A stretch of 63,673 nt of DNA, counting the filler, from Octopus bimaculoides (lineage: Eukaryota): NCBI RefSeq assembly GCF_001194135.2. It is 7 parts of 7 records of this genome, joined end to end, with 100 filler letters (N's around TTAATTAATTAA, not from the genome) between each part and the next. Parts side by side here need not be neighbours in the genome. Positions count along the whole stretch, not along the records: positions 24,019 to 39,816 come from NC_068996.1; 6 more parts are not named here. The stretch is one strand, 5' to 3'. Made by a program: the position numbers and the translations under genes. Positions 24,420 to 37,182 of the stretch are shown here, one piece after another; position 1 is the first letter of the stretch; each line of letters begins with the position of its first letter. The notes under the pieces were generated by a model, which saw nothing but the letters and a program-made list of their open reading frames with translations, made no database searches and was not told the origin of the DNA.

Positions 24420-24850
24420 ATGCTTCGAAGCCGAAATGTTGATGTACACCATGTAACAATCCATCAGGGGCTGAGACGTTCAGGACTGAAAGCAGAGATT
24501 GAAGGTTTCATATTGGCGGCACAAGATCAAAGCTTGCTAAACAAAAATTGCCAGGCTAACTTTCTTCAAATCGGTTCTGACCGCAAACGTAGATTCAGCA
24601 ATAAATCTGATGAAACAACAGGCATGTCGTCTCAAGGTGCCTTGTGGTGACACCAAACGAATGCAAAAATCGCCACGATAGGGTAGAACAGTATTTACAG
24701 TGGAAAATATGCAAACACTTGAAGGTAAAAATATCACCGGGATATTCCAGTCAACACTGCCAGAACGATCCAGGCTAATCGACCAGACATAGTCATTACT
24801 TGTAGCCTAATAGATGTAAGTGTTCCCACTGATAAAAATATATCTTGTAG
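24420..24850 (+). pseudogene. Second, older R4/Dong-type fragment (zinc-knuckle region and RLE endonuclease)
   Basis: GLKAEIEGFILAAQDQSL; ECKNRHDRVEQYLQWKICKH; DIPVNTARTIQANRPDIVITCSLIDVSVPTDKNIS (RPD...IDV motif); frameshifts and deletions. Confidence 0.8.
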
Positions 24851-25689
24851 CAAGTCATAAAAGGCGGCAATATGACATAATGGTTGTTTGCCCGAACAAG
24901 CATAATTGTTGGTAATCCCATTGGTTAAAATTACTGCCCATATACGTATTCTAAACTTTCATCAAAGAAATCTTTCACGAAATACGGTTCTCAGAATTCG
25001 GATATGAGCTGTTATAGAAACCCTGATTTTTGGGAAATTACTCAGTGATCGTAGGATGTTACTAAACTCTACAACACTCACTCCTTGAGGTATTGGCTAT
25101 TTTTTATGCCATGTCTATGATAAAAATCCAACAAGACTTATTTGAATTGTTGTGAACTCTAGTAGTTAGTATGAAGGATTGGCTCGTGTGAATTTTTTAG
25201 TCGTAATTCTCTACGACAGAATGACTTTAATTCCCAATTGTACTATAAATGCTAAATGTACATAAATATACTAATGTAGTATTTATTTTCTCTTTCTTCA
25301 CGTTCTTCAACTTGTTAAAGAAATTTATTTCTGCAATTATGAAACTGTATTATTTTATAGAGGTTAAAAGAACACGAATTTATTTATCTTCAACATACAT
25401 GCACACATAAAATGTCTGTTAGCGTTTCAGAATATAGATTTTTCGCTATGGCGTTTATGTAGCTGGAGTCAGGATTTATGTATAATGATAACACTTATGA
25501 GTAAGCTATAAGTGACGTATTTATCAATATATATTCCTACATCAAAAGTAAAATATATTTATTATCCATTTCCAAATAGGAAATATATAAAAGTGGTGTT
25601 ACACATACAGTAACCAAACCGGCTATAAAAATCTGTAAAGGAATTTGACAAATTAAGTAAATATAACTGATTCAAAGTGTTATCATGCA

Positions 25690-26173
25690 CATTGACATGT
25701 CTTAGTATAATAGATAGGCTACAGTAAATATTCTGCTCAATACAACAGATTTGCTTGTGAGTAGCTTTTCCTTAACCAGTTGAGCATGTCCCTTGGTGCC
25801 TGACGATATGTTCATGTCTGATCACGAGCAGAAGTAGTGGAGGAGCATGATAGCCATGTGTTCAGAGGAATTTTTGGGGGTTTCGATAATTCACCTTTGG
25901 AAACATGGGTGTTTCGTTCAACATCATTAAACAACCCTTATTCAGGGACCGTTTGAGCGTGATGGGCTACTCGACCTGAGGAAAATTCTAACAGGGCCTC
26001 ACCTGCGAGGTCATGCGCTGTTTATCTTGTCATGAGATCACTATGTCGCGCACATATGGTTGTGATGCATGTGCCTGGTGTACCCTTATCAGATGGGTAG
26101 TCATGATGGGTATAATGGGCTTCATATATTTTACCCGTGTCATTTGATGGCATGCACTGCTCTCTCATTCATA

Positions 26174-26230
<57 letters not shown>
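25690..26230 (+). mobile_element. Non-coding interspersed repeat ending in (TAA)n; probable non-autonomous retroelement
   Basis: About 480 bp of higher-complexity, GC-richer sequence ending TTTGATGGCATGCACTGCTCTCTCATTC directly before a long (TAA)n; recalled as a common Octopus repeat, single copy here. Confidence 0.45.
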
Positions 26231-26259
<29 letters not shown>

Positions 26260-26279
26260 NNNNNNNNNNAATAATAATA

Positions 26280-26332
<53 letters not shown>

Positions 26333-26399
26333 AGTGATAATAATAATAATAATAATAATAACAACAATATTTTTAAAAAAAGGATTGACGTAACTCTTC

Positions 26400-28710
26400 A
26401 CGAAGGTAAATAGTCAAGACGAAGAGTGCGATTTTAGATGTTTTATTTTTTGAACAACATTTCGACAGAACGTCTGTCTTTCTCAAGTTCAAACCAAAAG
26501 GTGATTGAAAATTCAAAATTTCAGAAACGAAACGTAAACTATGAACGTGAGTAATCAGCGTCCATACGTTGATAGAATGACATCATCAGCTTTTGTCAGT
26601 TNNNNNNNNNNNNNNNNNNNNNNNNNNNNNNNNNNNNNNNNNNNNNNNNNNNNNNNNNNNNNNNNNNNNNNNNNNNNNNNNNNNNNNNNNNNNNNNNNNN
26701 NNNNNNNNNNNNNNNNNNNNNNNNNNNNNNNNNNNNNNNNNNNNNNNNNNNNNNNNNNNNNNNNNNNNNNNNNNNNNNNNNNNNNNNNNNNNNNNNNNNN
26801 NNNNNNNNNNNNNNNNNNNNNNNNNNNNNNNNNNNNNNNNNNNNNNNNNNNNNNNNNNNNNNNNNNNNNNNNNNNNNNNNNNNNNNNNNNNNNNNNNNNN
26901 NNNNNNNNNNNNNNNNNNNNNNNNNNNNNNNNNNNNNNNNNNNNNNNNNNNNNNNNNNNNNNNNNNNNNNNNNNNNNNNNNNNNNNNNNNNNNNNNNNNN
27001 NNNNNNNNNNNNNNNNNNNNNNNNNNNNNNNNNNNNNNNNNNNNNNNNNNNNNNNNNNNNNNNNNNNNNNNNNNNNNNNNNNNNNNNNNCATGTTGGTAA
27101 CTTTCATGCAACACTTTTGAAATGCCAGCGAAACGTCGGTGCCAGTTAATCACTAAAGGAATTCTGTAATCTGTTGTATTTTGTTTGCTAAGATTAGGCG
27201 TGTAGGTTTTACTATCTTTGCTAATCTTAGCTATTTCACTTGCTATTTCCTTTAAACGTGATTCACTGTAACCTCGTTTAACATAATGACATACAAAAGC
27301 ATTTGCATGTTTCCAGTAATCCCCTATGTCAGTGCAAATCCGTTTTATCCTCAAAAATTGGGATTTCGGATTTGACCGAATAAGATGATGTGGATGATCG
27401 GAGCGGCGGTGGAGATATATGTGGGATGACATCCCACATATAACCTGGCACAAAAGGTTCAGCGCTTCTTCCTAGTATTTCCCGTCAGCCCAAAGATACA
27501 TCGAATGAATCCATTTAGTCAAGTTAATTCCATTACTCTCATCTGCGATTCCTAAAATTTGCTGGAGAGTCATACTTCCAGATCTAATCTCAGTTTTTCT
27601 TTCCATAGATTATACTCTGAGATTAAAGTCTCTACCCTTAAATGTTTCAATCTATTTTACCAATTATCCTCCTTCACGTTAAGCTCCTAGCAGAGAAAGG
27701 ATATTTGTTCTGTGTTTTCCTTACCAAAGGAAGGTGGTAGTTTGACGACCATGATATAATGATGATAACCATATTCGTCTAGTATATAACAACTGTTCAA
27801 TATAAACAAATTAACTATCTATTTATGGACACTGAACGCCTTGCAACATTGGCCATTAATTTATTTCTCTCTATCGTTAGTTATTTGCCATTTTTCAATA
27901 ATCGATTCTAATCTAATTGCTCCATCCCTGAAACCTTTGTGCTTCCGTTAGCAGGATCTCTATCAATGGACCTTATCTAAATCGGCAGAGATCAAAGCAA
28001 GTTGAAATTTGGAACATTGACTATCCGCTGACTTGATGAAAACTCTACCATATTACTATGATCTTGGTAAACTGCTGTATTCGCTCCATATCCATACTGC
28101 TAAGTTTGGGATATCTATTGTAAGTGACCAGTGTATTTGAACTATCTGAGCAAGTTTTTGAGGTTGTTGCAACTCGACACGGTTCCTCTGTGTATCTAAG
28201 ACACAGTTCTAATACTAAAATCTAGTTCTAGTACTAATGAGTGGGGCGTTTCCTGGGGCAAACCAAATAACCTACTGGATCCAGGAATATTGTCCATATA
28301 GCAAAATCCAAACAAACCTTTCTTAAACAACACTGCCAGATCACCGCCCAGTCCTGACGGACTACAAGATAAATACAACTCGTAGTTATCAACAATGGGT
28401 GCGACTGATTGCTTTTCAAAAATGAATGTCCAGCTGATAGCTACCACATCTATGATTATTTACTTTGGATCGTTAGGCAAGCCAGGCTACGAATATTTAT
28501 ACCTCTTGTAAAACTAACCAACACAGTTTTCGAGAAGGGCTGATGCTTCTAATTTCTCCTTGGTTGAGATAAAACATTTAAAGGGCATATTTGAGAAGGG
28601 TTCATTGAGGTAGATTTTTTTCGGACAAGTCAAATGTTTAATTTTTTTTGTCCTGAATTTTGGTGTCTGTCCGGGTATATTTTTAAGGTAGGGATTCATT
28701 AAGCTTCTCA
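26400..28710 (-). mobile_element. Decayed Penelope-like element (RT fragments, thumb region and 3' pLTR; GIY-YIG region probably in gap 26602-27090)
   Basis: 27091-27453: SHIYLHRRSDHPHHLIRSNPKSQFLRIKRICTDIGDYWKHANAFVCHYVKRGYS..RIPLVINWH (PLE YL..SxHP...IP.SQ.LR..RIC...RGY signature); 28196-28447: PGSSRLFGLP (cf. PARFYGLPK); outer boundaries are approximate. Confidence 0.7.
26452..26494 (-). ncRNA. Hammerhead-like variant in the PLE 3' pLTR
   Basis: - strand UUUGAA-CUUGAGAAA-GACAG(ACGUU)CUGUC-GAAA-UGUUG-UUCAAA: 6-bp stem I and 5-bp stem II, non-canonical 9-nt core. Confidence 0.5.
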
Positions 28711-31627
28711 ATCGCTTTGAGATAGTTAAATACCTCCTCCATTAAATACTCCGAATAACAATATTTGTGTAAACTTCGGTAAGAATGTACGACTAAACTA
28801 TAGAATGTGAGGGCTGTTTTCCCTCTGCATTTTTCATCTTGTGTAGTGTCAGTGAGAACTTGTATAGTTTAGGTAATACTGAAATAGAATTTTCGTTAGA
28901 TTAGCCGTAAAGATTTGCTTAAATTCTCCATAGCTTCAGATAATTGGTCACAACGACCAGAAAGTTTTGAGTTGTACAATCAACTTTGAAGTACCACTAG
29001 ACAGGGATCAGACTATGGGAAGCTAAACGTGTTCTTTTCGGCTCATAAATATTTCAAGGATCAGAATAGTGAATTAGCCAAGCGGAAATTGTCAATAGAT
29101 TGTCTTGTTATAGAAAAACTTTACAGTAACATTGATTAGATTTATTGAACAGATACTATAGAGAATAGCTGTGAAGAATAATTCGCTATTTTAAAAAGAG
29201 TCATAGAAGTTATCCTGCATCGCGTACAAGCGGTAATAAATTACCTAAAAAAAAATATTTAAAGATACAAAAATGCATTTTCCGTGCAAAGGATTATGCG
29301 CTGAAGCATATGGGCAAGAAAACCGTTTGAGGGTCCCGGGTATACCAACAAAGCCCCAATTTCATACGGCACTAGTAGATTCCAAAGAGATGTGTGCAAT
29401 TTTTCAGTGGCATTTTACCGAATTATCCTCGATGAGCGGAGAAGAGGTTAGATTGAATTACTTGCTGTCAACTTTGATGATTTGCTACTTCTCTTGGGCA
29501 AGGAGACAGAATACTGCAAAAAAAAAAAAACTCAGTTTCAGTAGACGTCATGTGTTATATTTCAATATGCCATATTCCATACCTGTTGGTTTGTGTCTTA
29601 GTAGCTCTTCATTTCAACTGGCTGTAGACTGAGTATTCTTAATAATGTGAAAGGACAAATCGCTACGCTGCTAACAAAGAAAACTCACAAAATTTACTTT
29701 ACTCAATACAGAGTTTAAAAATTCTGGTTGAAATGCCCGTCAAGAGAAAATAAAATACTGGCACGGTTGACAGAAGCACAAAGAAAAGGAAATTGCGAGT
29801 CAATAATTGGCGTATTGCATACTTAACTTTCATCTGGAAATTACTAATAGATAAACTGAATTGTATAGGTATCTAAAGAGAATCAATTTATTTCCATAGG
29901 AACAAAATACACTGAGTTAAAATAAGATATAAATTAATGTGGGGTAGTATTATTTATGAGTAAAACTATAATATTAATGGCCAAAATCCAAACAGAAAGA
30001 AAGGAAGAGGTAATAAGGGAGAGGAATAGAGTTAGAAAATCAGGACTAAATTAAGAGAATTAAAACTAAGGTTTTCGAAAAAGTGATAGATAGAAGAGAC
30101 TCAGAATAACTTAGAGAAAATGTAGGACTACTATCAGTGGGTTGGGAAAGGCTAAAATGTATTCTGAGTATATATCAAAAGTCATAACTCAAATAACTGG
30201 ATATGTTTATCTTGTTCTAATTATTATTGTTCCCTATAGTTTTGAACTTAGTAATTCAGTGTTTCATTGTATTATTCTATTTATACTGTAGAATAGATAT
30301 ATTTCTTTAATACCTTGACTTTAATTCCCTTACCTTAAATTTTTTCCAAATTCTTACCACTCCTTAGGGTATTGTCCTTCCATTTCCTTTTTTTTTTTCT
30401 TTCCCTCATGCTTTATTTACCCCTAACCTGCTGTCCACCACTACTTAACCTACCTTCCTCTAAATTTGAAATTACTACTATCCCTTCTATTAGGTTTTAA
30501 ATTCTTGTTTGATTCACTTGTCTGTGAAACAGCAGCATAGTCGAGATGTGTTTTCTTCTCTTACTCTTGTTTTTTGCAAACATCGTCAAAATGACTTTCT
30601 AAAATGAAATTCCATTATGCAGCTGAGGAGTACATTTTCATTGCATTTTCTGCGGTGTTCTCACTACATGAATAAATGGAGCTTGTACGAAACGTACGTA
30701 CTGCTATAACCTATTGATTTTTTGTTGCTTAACTTCAAATATATATATATATATATATATATATANNNNNNNNNNNNNNNNNNNNNNNNNNNNNNNNNNN
30801 NNNNNNNNNNNNNNNNNNNNNNNNNNNNNNNNNNNNNNNNNNNNNNNNNNNNNNNNNNNNNNNNNNNNNNNNNNNNNNNNNNNNNNNNNNNNNNNNNNNN
30901 NNNNNNNNNNNNNNNNNNNNNNNNNNNNNNNNNNNNNNNNNNNNNNNNNNNNNNNNNNNNNNNNNNNNNNNNNNNNNNNNNNNNNNNNNNNNNNNNNNNN
31001 NNNNNNNNNNNNNNNNNNNNNNNNNNNNNNNNNNNNNNNNNNNNNNNNNNNNNNNNNNNNNNNNNNNNNNNNNNNNNNNNNNNNNNNNNNNNNNNNNNNN
31101 NNNNNNNNNNNNNNNNNNNNNNNNNNNNNNNNNNNNNNNNNNNNNNNNNNNNNNNNNNNNNNNNNNNNNNNNNNNNNNNNNNNNNNNNNNNNNNNNNNNN
31201 NNNNNNNNNNNNNNNNNNNNNNNNNNNNNNNNNNNNNNNNNNNNNNNNNNNNNNNNNNNNNNNNNNNNNNNNNNNNNNNNNNNNNNNNNNNNNNNNNNNN
31301 NNNNNNNNNNNNNNNNNNNNNNNNNNNNNNNNNNNNNNNNNNNNNNNNNNNNNNNNNNNNNNNNNNNNNNNNNNNNNNNNNNNNNNNNNNNNNNNNNNNN
31401 NNNNNNNNNNNNNNNNNNNNNNNNNNNNNNNNNNNNNNNNNNNNNNNNNNNNNNNNNNNNNNNNNNNNNNNNNNNNNNNNNNNNNNNNNNNNNNNNNNNN
31501 NNNNNNNNNNNNNNNNNNNNNNNNNNNNNNNNNNNNNNNNNNNNNNNNNNNNNNNNNNNNNNNNNNNNNNNNNNNNNNNNNNNNNNNNNNNNNNNNNNNN
31601 NNNNNNNNNNNNNNNNNNNNNNNNNNN

Positions 31628-31690
<63 letters not shown>
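31628..31690. repeat. (GA)n microsatellite
   Basis: Direct reading. Confidence 0.95.
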
Positions 31691-31693
<3 letters not shown>

Positions 31694-32297
31694 AGTAGAG
31701 AATACAGATGTAAATATAACTTGATAGCTGGAATGGTGAGCAGTACACTGAAGTGGAATTTCCGCCAAATCTTTAGCACAACTCGACACAATACCTCAGC
31801 TGTTACAAGGCTCTTGAAATAAATTAAGAACATCCTCATGTCTATAATACTGTCACGACGAGGACATCCTCATGATTATAATACTGACTGTGATGATGTT
31901 AAATTGTTTGAGATTCAAAGCTATAGATGAGATAGTGTATTGTTTACGCACACGTGTATGTCTTATACACGCACTTTGTATGATGTGTATATTAGTGTGT
32001 GTGTGTGTATCTGATCATGTTTATTTTCTTAATTAGTAGTGAGAAATATATTATTCATATAGTTTCTATTATTAGTATTATTCATGAGTCAGCAAGATGG
32101 CTAATTCGTTTGAGCGACAATAATAAAATGCTTTGCTATAATCCTTCCGGGTCTTCTTTACATCCTGTGTTCAAATCTACTCAAAATCAACTTCGCCCAA
32201 CATTACTCCGCGGTCACATATGATACGATTCTGGGTCAATGGTATTGAACAATAGCTATCCCCTCAAAATTGCAGGCTTTGTAGCTAAATTAGAAAA

Positions 32298-34491
32298 AAA
32301 AAGCATATTAATGAGCTATTTTAATGCCAGAAGAGTTAAAACAAACCTCAGTGAGATCAAAAGAACAAGTAAACTTGGAAATGAAAAGATGAATACAGAA
32401 GGTTTAGAACTTTGCCTTTTGTCAACAGTTTTGTTTAGCAATTACAAGCACAATATTTCAGCAGGGAGATAAGTACAAAATCACCTAGAAGCATCCTTGA
32501 TCAGGTAACTGATACATGTTTGACTACGTTATAATTAAAAGCAAAAAGTGCACTGATATCAGATTAACCAGAGTTCCCAAAACTCCCGATTGTTATATGG
32601 ATTACAAAATAGTTCGCAGTAAGGTATTTGTTAAAACATATATAAAAATGTGGTTAAGATCCAAAATTCCTCCGAGAATAAATACGTCTTTACTAAAAAA
32701 TCCTCACATGACACAAAATGCTGAAACACATCTAAATTCAAATCTTAAGGATATACAGGAAAGCAATGAACCTGATGTTTTGAGTCAAACCGTTTGCTGA
32801 CAAAGTTCTAAGATTTGCCGGAAGCAAGCAACAAGATTGTTTCGGTGAGAATGATTCTCTAATCAAAACCATTCCTAAAATATACGTACAAAAGACACAA
32901 GGCATGGATCTCAAACAACAACTTACCATCACTCAAATCTATATACATTTCCTGTGAAAACATTGCAGAGAAAATGTTGCGTGAGATGAAAAGTTCTTGG
33001 TGAGTAAATAAAGCCCAAACATTGCAACTGACTTCTAACTCCCACAACTCGAATTAATAATTTTGAAAGCCATATTTGATTCAGAAAAGCGCAGTGTTAA
33101 GTAGCACAGATGAAATTCTGAAATTAATGCTAAATAAAGAATCCACTAGCAATCCTGATTTAATCAACGGAATCCTTCGAGGCCTATAATTGAGCAAGCT
33201 GCAGAAGATCCTAACTGGGAAAAGACAAATACTAGTTGAAAATTTTATTTTTCAGCTGTAAATATCCTGGATAAGGTGGTATTCCCATAGTCGTGTACAG
33301 GCATAGTGATAAACAGCTTGTAAAAAAGCTGCGTAAATCTATCTGTTGATTTGGAAAACTGGATCTGTTCCTCGACATTTCAAAGATGCATCTATAATGC
33401 ACTTGTCCAAAAACAAAGAGAAGGGTGTATAGCATAACAGAAGAATAAGTTCGTTGTACATAGCTGGAAGAATTCTTGTGATGGTGATTCTTAACAGCAT
33501 CAATAGACATTTAGTAAACAGCTTATATCCTGAATCCCAATGTGATTTTAGGGCTGACATGATTTTTGCCCTTAGGTAAGTTCGAGAAAATGAAGTGAAC
33601 AAAATAGTGACTTGTATTTGGTCTTTGCCAACTTAACCAAAGCTTTTGATACAGTGAATCGTGAGGCACTCTGGAAAATTTTGTCAAAAGTTGGCCTTCT
33701 TGATGAAATGATAAGGGTAATAACATCTTTGCACGAAGGAATTATAGCCACAGCAATATATTTAACGGTCAGGGACATTTTCTGTTCCACTGGAACTAAA
33801 CAAGCCCTGTGTTTTGGTTCTTGTACTCTTTGCCATATTCTTTTCGATGACGTTCCAACATGATTTTAGGAATTAATATGAAGAAACAAAATTTCAGAGT
33901 TGCACAGACGGACGTGTAAAAGAAGTAAATGGACAAAGCTTCGGATCAAAGGAAAAGATCAAGGAATGAAATTCTACGCAATTTTTTGTTTACTGCTGTT
34001 TGCATTTTGAATTCTTGCGCTTTCAAAGATTTCAGGAAATATTTGACAGCTTTGGTGTAACAGCTCGTGCATTTGAGATAGCTATCAACATTAAGGAAAC
34101 TGAAGTTTTATTCCAACCAAAGTGTGGGATAGAACATACTCAAGATATTAATGTTATGATTAACAATATTCACCCAAATGAATCATGTCATTTAAATATC
34201 TTGGAATACAGCAAACTTTAAGAGTTATCTTCATGAAATCAATATTAGAATATTTAAGGCTACAAGTGCTTTTGGAAAATTTTCCTATCGTTTGTGCGAT
34301 GAACACAGTGTCAACCTGAAAACTAAAATAAGTGTATACAAATCCTGTACATTTAGCAGACTTTTGTATAAGGCAGAAGCAAGAGAACACCCTACCGCTG
34401 ACATATAAAGAAACTCGAAGCCTTTCTCATGTGTTATCTGCGCAATATCTGCAACCTAAAATGAAAAGATAAGATATCAAATGTCAAAATT
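32298..34491 (+). pseudogene. Old RTE/BovB-clade LINE relic (APE endonuclease through RT), many frameshifts
   Basis: FNARRV..KMNTEG; MFDYVIIK..DYKIVRSK (APE); PESQCDFR; YLVFANLTKAFDTVNREALWKILSK; INIKETEVLFQP; EAFLMCYLRNICNLK*KDKISNVKI. Confidence 0.8.
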
Positions 34492-34506
34492 TAAGAAAAA
34501 TTTAAT

Positions 34507-35907
34507 ATCTGAGACTGCATCAAGACGGTATGGATGCTGGGGAGGTTAGCACGTATTAGTACCTCGGAGTCAGGGATCCTGTCCTGCCACTTTATGCCGA
34601 GAAGTTTTCTGAGGCGTATTGTATAAAAGTGGTTCAGCTTCCAGGTATGACGCTGGTAGACCGTCCAGGACTCGCAGCTGCAAAGCAGCGTTGTGAGAAC
34701 AACAGCCCGGTACACCTTGATCTTTGTCATGATGGTGATACCCTTCCTGTTCCAGACAGTCTTGCATAGCCTGCTGAAGGCAGCGCTTGCCTTGGCGAGT
34801 CTGGCGTTGATTTCGTCATCGACGACAACATTTCTAGAGAGTGTGCTCCCAAGGTAAGTGAACTTGTCCACCGCGTTCAGTCGCTGCCCGTTGATGGTGA
34901 TGTTGGGTTCAACGTAGGGCTCGGTTGGGGCTGGCTGATACATTACCTCAGTCTTTTTTGTATTAATAGTAAAGCCAAAGTTGTTGCAGGCGCCAGAGAA
35001 CAAGTCAACGCTGTGCTGCATGTTGGACTCAGTGACAGTATTGAGAGCGCAGTCATCGGCGAACAGGAGGTCCTTGATGGTGACTACTGGAACCTTAGTT
35101 TTCGCATTGAGCCTCCCGATGTTGAAGATTGAACCGTCGGACCGGTACTTAATGCCGATGCCTATGTCTGTGTCCCTGAAAGCATCTGTCAGCATGGCTG
35201 AGAACGTAAGGCTGAGCAAGGTGGGAGCAAGGACACATGCTTGTTTCACTCCGTTTGAGACAGGGAATGGATCAGAGGTTTCTCCGTTGTTCTGTACCCT
35301 TTCCAACATGCCATCGTGTAGTTGTCTTACAATGGTGATGAATTTTCTGGGGCATCCATACTTCGCCAAGATTCCCCAAAGACCTTCTCTACTAACGGTA
35401 TCAAAGGCCTTGGTCAGGTCGATGTAGGTGGAGTAGAGGTCGACGTTCTGCTCCTGACATTTCTCCTGCAGATGTCTAGCAGCAAACACCATGTCGAAAA
35501 TCCCATGCTCTTTCCGGAAGCCACACTGGCTCTCAGGTAGATCTTGCTCTAGGTGTACAATGAGGCGGTTGAGCAAAACTCTAGCCAGGATCTTGCCTGT
35601 GATGGACAACAGTGAAATTCCAGGATGATTGTCGCGTCCATCCAGATGAGCTGAAACAGGTGGTGAATTTTCCTGGTCAGGGCCATACAGCCTTCTTTGA
35701 ATACTTCGGCTGGGATAGAGTCTGGACCAGGTGCTTCGCCACTGGACAGTAGAAGGCATGATTTCTGAATTTTCTCCAAAGTTGGTTCGACGTCCATTGA
35801 CTCTTCAACGGGGACTTGAGGTATCCTATCATATGGCTTCACCATTGATGGTGGAAGGCCTATTCAGGACGCTGTCGAAATGTTCAGCCCATCTCTCAAC
35901 AGACCTG
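34507..35907 (-). mobile_element. Young RTE/BovB-clade LINE fragment, reverse transcriptase domain (truncated at both ends)
   Basis: GEAPGPDSIPAEVFK, then after one frameshift/deletion an uninterrupted frame: ISLLSITGKILARVLLNRL, PESQCGFRK, YIDLTKAFDTVSREGLW, GVKQACVLAPTL, LFADD, YLGS, KWQDRIPDSEVL. Confidence 0.93.
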
Positions 35908-36299
35908 ATATAATGATTTGGGGTAGAGAAGAGAATTGGGCACAGTTGTAGAAATTAGCTGCGCAGCAGACGTTAAGATAAAGCTGAAGATCTGTGAAAA
36001 AGAGTGACCTATGCTGAACTATTGATAAATCTGCAGTTACTTTATCGGGATTAAAAGTTCAGCATTATACCTGTAATTATTTGGGCCCTGGGATATGTAC
36101 CACACTCCCTAAATACCAATCTTGAGAAATTAGGCTTCTCAAAACCAGAAAGGGGAAAACTAATTCGAAGACAACAAATCCAATCCATCACTGGAACTGT
36201 AAAAATCTGTAAAACTTTTCAGAAGTTTAGCATTTAAATATATATTAGCATGTCTAGATATGCACGTATATACATGAAAATACATACTTAAAACATACA

Positions 36300-37149
36300 A
36301 ATGTGCACATACATACATACATACATACATAATACATACATACATACATACATGCATGCATGCATGCATGCATACATACATACATACATAAGACATACAT
36401 ACATACATACATGCATGCATACATACATACATACATACATACATACATACATGCATGCATGTANNNNNNNNNNNNNNNNNNNNNNNNNNNNNNNNNNNNN
36501 NNNNNNNNNNNNNNNNNNNNNNNNNNNNNNNNNNNNNNNNNNNNNNNNNNNNNNNNNNNNNNNNNNNNNNNNNNNNNNNNNNNNNNNNNNNNNNNNNNNN
36601 NNNNNNNNNNNNNNNNNNNNNNNNNNNNNNNNNNNNNNNNNNNNNNNNNNNNNNNNNNNNNNNNNNNNNNNNNNNNNNNNNNNNNNNNNNNNNNNNNNNN
36701 NNNNNNNNNNNNNNNNNNNNNNNNNNNNNNNNNNNNNNNNNNNNNNNNNNNNNNNNNNNNNNNNNNNNNNNNNNNNNNNNNNNNNNNNNNNNNNNNNNNN
36801 NNNNNCATACATCACATACATACATACATGCATGCATACATACATACATACGTACACACATACATACATACACATACATACATACACACACACATACATA
36901 CATACACACACATACATACATACACACACACATACATATACATACATACATAAATGCATACATACATACATACATAAATACACACACATACATACATACA
37001 CACACATACATACATATACATACATATATACATACATGCATACATACATACATACATACATCACATACATAGATAAATACATACATACATACATGCATAC
37101 CTACATACACACATACATACATACATACATACATACATACATACATACA

Positions 37150-37180
<31 letters not shown>
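36300..37180. repeat. Long degenerate (TACA)n/(TGCA)n array interrupted by a gap
   Basis: Direct reading. Confidence 0.95.

Positions 37181-37182
<2 letters not shown>

Noticed and set aside
34570-35913. Alternative-frame and antisense ORFs over the RTE fragment
   Set aside because: Shadows of the GC-rich RT frame
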